Assembly: GCA_048537945.1 (NCBI GenBank)
Contig: CM108484.1
Coordinates: forward strand, 4,146,494-4,210,493
DNA: 64,000 bases
From: Mnemiopsis leidyi
Taxonomy: Eukaryota
Reading direction: 5' to 3'
Position 1 is the stretch's first letter; each line of letters begins with the position of its first letter. The notes beneath the pieces are model-generated. The model made no database searches. It saw nothing but the letters and a program-made list of their open reading frames with translations, and was not told the DNA's origin. A program made the translations under genes and the position numbers. Below, one piece after another: positions 59,000-64,000 of this stretch.

Positions 59000-59998
59000 T
59001 CATTGAGCAGTCTCTGTTACGGTAACACCATTAGCAAAGTTACAATCACTACTCTGCTCCTGATTTGTAACAACTGGTGTTATTCTTCCAATTCTCATTT
59101 TAAAACAAGATCTTATCAAGGAATAGAAAGTTTGCCGGATTTTTTGAACTCTCGTGAACAAAATTATTGGATTTAAAGCTGATGTCAAGATAGGAATGAA
59201 AACAAACGATATCGCCACAAAGTTTACTAACTGCTGAAAGATTTGACGCTGTAAAAGATTAAATAACATACAGGTTATCGTTATGACATAAGTTACATTC
59301 ATTAAAAGAATTGTTACTCCAGCCCGTTTTTTCATATCGTCTTTCCGTGAAGCTGGCTTGGACAAATAAACATAAACCACTGAAATCATGGAAAAAATTA
59401 TTCCTAGAAGACAGTGGAGTACATTAAGCCAATAGCAAAAACAAAGAAGAATGAAAATGAAATTGCCAAGATTAAAGATGCCTTTTTTTGTTATGGTTAT
59501 ATAATGAATAAATGGTATGGTCATATTGTTTACTGTCATAATAAGCATATAACAGAAAAGATAATACTTTAAAACTTGCTTCTTTATTGTCCGGAATGGG
59601 TTGATGATTTTCAGTGTCCTAGAAATCGCTAGCAAAGTTGCTAAACACTGAGACATGCATCCTAACGTACAACCAATAAAACCAAAAGGAAGGACTTTGA
59701 ATTCTTGCTCGGAGAAAATTTTAGGACATATCAATAAATAACAGTAACCAAGAGGAGCTACTAGATTTGTTAGAAAGTCTGCGATGGCTAGATATGAGAA
59801 TAGGAAAGTTGTTATCTTGTTTTTATCAGCTGAACGGTGATGATACCAGATTACAGGGTTGATGATGGTAGAAATCAGGAAACAGAGAAAGAGAAGAGTT
59901 CCAACTGAGTAGTTAACTATCCGATCTGATTCTGTCAGTGTGTATGTAGAGATGTTAAAATTCGGATCCAAAGTTTCATGTCTCCAAAACAACAACAT
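59000..59998 (-). CDS. Intronless class-A (rhodopsin-like) orphan GPCR, 332 aa, nested in intron 1 of the DENND5-like gene
   Basis: Seven hydrophobic helices are visible. There are N-terminal N-glycosylation sites (NFNIS, NYS). TM2 has LAIADF (the LAxAD motif). The TM3 end has ISRTL (a DRY-motif variant). TM7 has SALNPIILF (the NPxxY variant NPIIL). A basic cytoplasmic tail follows. No homologue name is recalled. Confidence 0.65.
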   Translation of the reverse strand: MLLFWRHETLDPNFNISTYTLTESDRIVNYSVGTLLFLCFLISTIINPVIWYHHRSADKNKITTFLFSYLAIADFLTNLVAPLGYCYLLICPKIFSEQEFKVLPFGFIGCTLGCMSQCLATLLAISRTLKIINPFRTIKKQVLKYYLFCYMLIMTVNNMTIPFIHYITITKKGIFNLGNFIFILLCFCYWLNVLHCLLGIIFSMISVVYVYLSKPASRKDDMKKRAGVTILLMNVTYVITITCMLFNLLQRQIFQQLVNFVAISFVFIPILTSALNPIILFTRVQKIRQTFYSLIRSCFKMRIGRITPVVTNQEQSSDCNFANGVTVTETAQ

Positions 59999-60987
59999 GG
60001 CTTACTAGCTTAGCTGTAAAAACAGAAATTTATATTTTACTTATTTTTCGTTCAAACCGATGCGAGAACGGCCAAGAAAAAGGAAAGGGCTGAAATGAGA
60101 GCTGTAAAAGGATACAAACTTACTATTTCTAAATAAAGGTATCACAACTGCATACGTTTAACAACAAAACGGTACCTGAAGTTTGTGCTATATTCTAAGT
60201 AGGAAACAAAGTTTAGAGAAGTTACCAGGTAGACAGTTTGTCACGGGGTTCTGTTTACCACCAATCAGATATTAGAAAAACTAATTAAATTGTAATCTTT
60301 GCTTGAGTAATCAACCTATGACGTATGATTGGAAACTTGGCAGCTCCAACAACTGTGCAATTTTGTTGTTCACAAGGCTCAGTGGAATGTGAAATATAAA
60401 TCTTAGCCATGTCTGGCGATTTACTCTCCTTCAACTATTAAGAAACTACAACACGTGATCTATCCAACGTTACTTCCCCTCTCTTGAGCCGCTCAGTAAT
60501 AACTAATTACCGACTGTAAATAAGTGAAGAAATCCACCATCCAGTTCTGACTGGAAAATTAAGATAAGTTTGCAATCAAACAACTGGAATTTCTATAAAA
60601 TAAAGAGAAATTGCACAGCTGTATATAATTCAAAGCAAAATTTTGCAAAATGTCATTAGGTCAATCATCATATGAACAGTAACTGATACTGACTAAAGAA
60701 ACTAAATTAAAAAAGTAATTATTTAATCATTGCTCAGTCTCTGTGACCGTTACTTTATGACTATAAACTGTTCGGAACTGACACACTGCGAGGTGAGACA
60801 AAAAATTTAGACCTAAACAGAGGTCAGAGCTATATATCAACGTTACTTAGCACAATAAAGAAGGAACTGTGAACCCTGATGCGGGACAGGGACATACACT
60901 GGAGGAAGATTTATGCAATAGACCGGACTTAGTGCCGACTTAGTGCCGACTAATATTAATGTAGTAGTTATCAGTCGCAGAACGCAA

Positions 60988-61400
60988 AGCGTGCCTCCAG
61001 CCAGAAAAGACACGTAGTTTTCAGATTCCGTGTAATTTCACGTCCAAATGTTGGTCTAACTTTTCTTCTAGCTTAAGAATAAGGGGTCACTTAGGGGGTC
61101 ACGTGATATTTTTGGCTTCGAACTTTAAATTCGGATTCCTCGTCAAATTTTACGTGGAATTTATAGTTAACTTTTCTTCTACTTCTAGGTTGAATATTTT
61201 TATTTTTGGGCTATAGGGGGTCAATAAGGACCATATAGGGGGTCTTAACAAGGTTTTTGAGCTTCGCGACTGCCACCATAGGATTCGCCGTTAAATTTTA
61301 AGTCTAATTAAAGGTCTACTTTTTTTCTACGAAAAATTAATTGAAAACGGTCTCGAGGGCCAAAAATTTTCAGGTTGCTAAGTGTCTTTTCTGGGGTGGT
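60988..61400. repeat. ~147-bp tandem repeat, ~2.5 copies: the inverted copy of the 25661..26208 family
   Basis: aaggggtcacttagggggtcacgtga...ttcggattcctcgtcaaattttacg is the reverse complement of units at 25700..26100. The terminal gcaaagcgtgcctccagccagaaaagacacgtagttttcagattccgtgtaatttcacg matches the reverse complement of 26150..26208. Confidence 0.8.
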
Positions 61401-61504
61401 TGCCACCACCCTAATACCAACTTACCGGTAAAGTGTGGGATGAGATATATCTATTATTTGTTTTCTAAAATGCTGAAAGTAAAATAGTTGTTATTCTTCA
61501 CTAG

Positions 61505-62100
61505 TAGGCCTGCTTCCTTACTCTGAGAGGCTACGGATTCTGCAGCTGACCACTCTCGCTGAGAGACGTTCGAGAGGTGACCTGATTGAAGTTTATAAAG
61601 CTAGCCATGGCTTATCCCAGTTAGCGGGTGTTCTAAAGTTTAGCAGATCTGGATTAAATGTGATTTGTAAGCCAGGAAAGAGTAAAGATTCGAAGATAAA
61701 CCGTTTTAGAAGAAATTTTATTAATGAGAGGGTTATGTTGTCATGGAACAAGTTACCTATAGAGGTAAAGAGTTCATCAAGTTTAAATGTTTTCAAATCT
61801 AACTTAGAGATTTTCAAGTCTAAAACTAAAGCTTTGGGTAATAGTTGTCCAGGAAATTTTTGGCAAATTTCCGACGAAGTTTTAAATAGAATTGAAGGTG
61901 TAAATTATTTAGAAAATAAGATTAGACATAATAGTTTCCTTAAAGATAACCCAATTGTGGCTAAGAAGAAATTTGTTAACATTTATTAAAATTTGTATAT
62001 TGAACTTTTTGATATTTTAAAGATTGTGTGATATTTTGAGAGAGTAGGTGTGATGATGCTGGCATCATTATCTATTATTTATTTATTTATTTATTTTAGT
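61505..62100 (+). mobile_element. LINE family 3 3'-terminal fragment, copy beta (ORF2 C-terminus plus 3' UTR with (TTTAT)n tail)
   Basis: It encodes ...LTTLAERRSRGDLIEVYKASHGLSQLAGVLKFSRSGLNVICKPGKSKDSKINRFRRNFINERVMLSWNKLP...KKKFVNIY (ORF 61660..61989). The 3' UTR is gagagagtaggtgtgatgatgctggcatcattatctatta(tttat)n, the same as copy alpha. Confidence 0.7.
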
Positions 62101-63183
62101 AATATTATTCTCGCCCCAAAACTGACCACAAAACTCTCAGGGGGAGGTAGGACCGATAGTAGAACTGCAGATAGTGCTGCCTCTAGAGAACGAGCTATGT
62201 CCGGAGGGGTGGGAATACATCACACCTTCCCACGCTTTGTACCCCGCCAACTTGAACTGGGTTAACCCTGCACAGATGCCTGTATATCTGATTTGTAGGA
62301 GGGGATACGACAGGAAACCTATCTATGATATCGAGTTAGTATACCATGGTTAAGTGTTAATACGCTTCTTCTATTGCTCTTGAAATGCTATATTATCATT
62401 ATTTTTGCTCTATTATCATTAAATTTGATTTGATGCAATAAATTATTGCGCGACTTTAAGACGTTTATTTTACAGTGTATATGTTTTGTTTTACTTGAAA
62501 ACCAATATACATATGCCCCCAGTGTACAGTTCATCGAACGTAAGGACAGAGCCAAGCCCGGCTACGAATATATCAAAACATCGATAGGCGGAAAGCCGGT
62601 GTCGCTTAACGGACACGTGTCGAGACCAAACAAACACGTGTATTTGGGATACGCACGTTCAGTCACGAATTCTTTTACTGACGGTGTCACTACGATCCAT
62701 CAGACTAGCAGCAAGAGAGACGATAGTGTGAGTTTGATTTTGTGGTTAGATTTTAGGGTTGATTTTCGATTTTAAAACCATTTCCCCTCATTTTGATAGC
62801 ATTTGTTTGCTATCAATTTGACTGGATTTCTTGACGTTTATGTAGCGCGCGGATCATATTTTGCATATGAATCCTTTTTATTTTGCGCATGTTTTGACGC
62901 GCGTTTAATTGATTAAAATTACGCGCGCGTATTATGTCATGACCACTATCGCATGCAGCTAGCAAAGATGTGGGATTTTGTCCACCTAGAAGTTAGACCG
63001 TTAGATTTCCAAAATTTTTGCCCTGACCTAGAGCTTTTATGGACTAGAAATGGCTTCTCGAACGAAGGTTTCTCAGCCGATATAAATACTTGCGATTGAT
63101 TATTTGATATACGCGGTGTTTGTTTAATGAGGTTACTATGGTAAGTTATCAAAGCAGAAATTCCAACAACACGTCACATTTCA

Positions 63184-63305
63184 GAGACAAGGTTTTAAGA
63201 GTATTCGCTTACATAAAAGTACATTTTCCGGGGATACATTTATATCCTACAAGTTATCAAAGTTTTACGCAGTTACTGGAATTTTCAAAGAATCGCTCTT
63301 AGACA
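63184..63305 (+). CDS. DENND5-like exon 2 (candidate), phase 0 in and 2 out
   Basis: The acceptor is cacatttcag|agacaagg and the donor is tagacag|gtaaat. It encodes RQGFKSIRLHKSTFSGDTFISYKLSKFYAVTGIFKESLLD. It was chosen because it restores phase between exon 1 (ending in phase 0) and the uDENN exon (which requires phase 2). Protein similarity here is weak. Confidence 0.35.
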
Positions 63306-63453
63306 GGTAAATCTTGAATAACATTATCAAAATTGCTTGTTAACTTTTTCTGTCAGACAACTGATACCACGGCAGTTTTGACGGTATTCAAGCAAAAGTT
63401 TCAACTCTAGCTAAACGTAGGAAAACAATATTTTTGACTCTACAAAAACGCAG

Positions 63454-63613
63454 GTATCCGAAAGCGGACAACCCATCATTTCCGTTGGACGAGAAAAACT
63501 CACCAGCCTTTTGTTTACCGATGGGCGTACAAGTGGAGTGGTTTAGAAATAGGGACGTTAAGCCTACACCTCAATTTTCTTCTTTCGTTCTGACTAACGA
63601 GAAAGGAAACAAG
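63454..63613 (+). CDS. DENND5-like uDENN exon: (R)YPKADNPSFPLDEKNSPAFCLPMGVQVEWFRNRDVKPTPQFSSFVLTNEKGNK
   Basis: It parallels DENND5A ...[51 protein letters not shown] by recall. The acceptor is aaacgcag|gtatcc and the donor is aacaag|gtattt. Confidence 0.55.
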
Positions 63614-63736
63614 GTATTTACTACCAGCTGGTGTTCACTGTTCGTTGACATACCTTTTCATGCCATTATGTACCAAATACTTCATAACAAATCGTATACC
63701 TCCTTTACACCAATCTGAAGGAACCTTCACTTTCAG

Positions 63737-64000
63737 ATGTACGGTTCCTCGCTCACATTCTACGAGCTGTTCATCGGCACAGAGAAGATCCAGGCTCTCT
63801 CTGATAACTACCCAAAAGATCCAGACTTATTCCCTTACGCTACTAAAAGTATCTGCATTCTCTCGCGGTGGCCCTCCTTTTTTGAGACTTTTCAAAAATG
63901 GCTAACTGAGCTGTACGAGATCTCAGTGTCAGGATTAGCTCTTACTATACCTATTGAACGGCAAGTTTCTGATTTTACTAGATTTGTTATGCAAGTGAAC
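63737..64000 (+). CDS. DENND5-like next uDENN exon (partial, running to the window end): MYGSSLTFYELFIGTEKIQALSDNYPKDPDLFPYATKSICILSRWPSFFETFQKWLTELYEISVSGLALTIPIER...
   Basis: The acceptor is cactttcag|atgtac. It is similar to DENND5A FGFALTFYEEV...[27 protein letters not shown]... by recall. The donor was not located inside the window. Confidence 0.5.
   Translation, partial: MYGSSLTFYELFIGTEKIQALSDNYPKDPDLFPYATKSICILSRWPSFFETFQKWLTELYEISVSGLALTIPIERQVSDFTRFVMQVN

Noticed and set aside
62446-62775. 109-aa ORF considered as an intermediate DENND5-like exon
   Set aside because: It has no similarity to DENN proteins and no phase-compatible splice sites. The 63184..63305 candidate fits the phase instead.

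Overview
This is eukaryotic (metazoan-type) genomic DNA: AT-rich, repeat-dense and carrying spliced genes. There are two host genes plus one nested gene. The first is a TEP1 orthologue (telomerase-associated protein 1, with TROVE, DUF4062, NACHT and WD40 regions). Its first coding exon at 26711..32017 is 5.3 kb, and about ten short WD40-encoding exons follow to a stop at 37291. The second is a DENND5 (Rab6IP1)-like DENN-domain gene whose start-codon exon is at 58272..58361; its uDENN exons begin at 63184 and run off the window. The nested gene is an intronless class-A GPCR on the minus strand at 59000..59998, inside DENND5-like intron 1. The first 26 kb is a graveyard of nested mobile elements. 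A non-LTR retrotransposon reverse-transcriptase gene (copy A) is split by a ~15.7-kb element bounded by terminal inverted repeats at 3529..19241, with 'gcggcac' subterminal repeats and a candidate 8-bp target-site duplication. That element carries a second LINE fragment, a Tc1-like MITE, a (CCCTCT)n microsatellite and a 3.2-kb foldback palindrome. Copy A's 3' end abuts an inverted, 5'-truncated copy B tail-to-tail, forming a near-perfect palindrome centred near 20066. The 21 kb between TEP1 and the DENND5-like gene is filled with tandem arrays: 55-bp x12, a 3.6-kb 33-bp satellite, (AC)n, 63-bp x12 and 31-bp x16. It also holds a cluster of five CACGTG E-boxes. Two inverted copies of a chimeric element (a ~145-bp tandem-repeat head joined to a LINE 3' tail) flank the TEP1-plus-satellite block, at 24990..26208 and 60988..62100. 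All protein identifications rest on my recall of conserved motifs, not on database searches.
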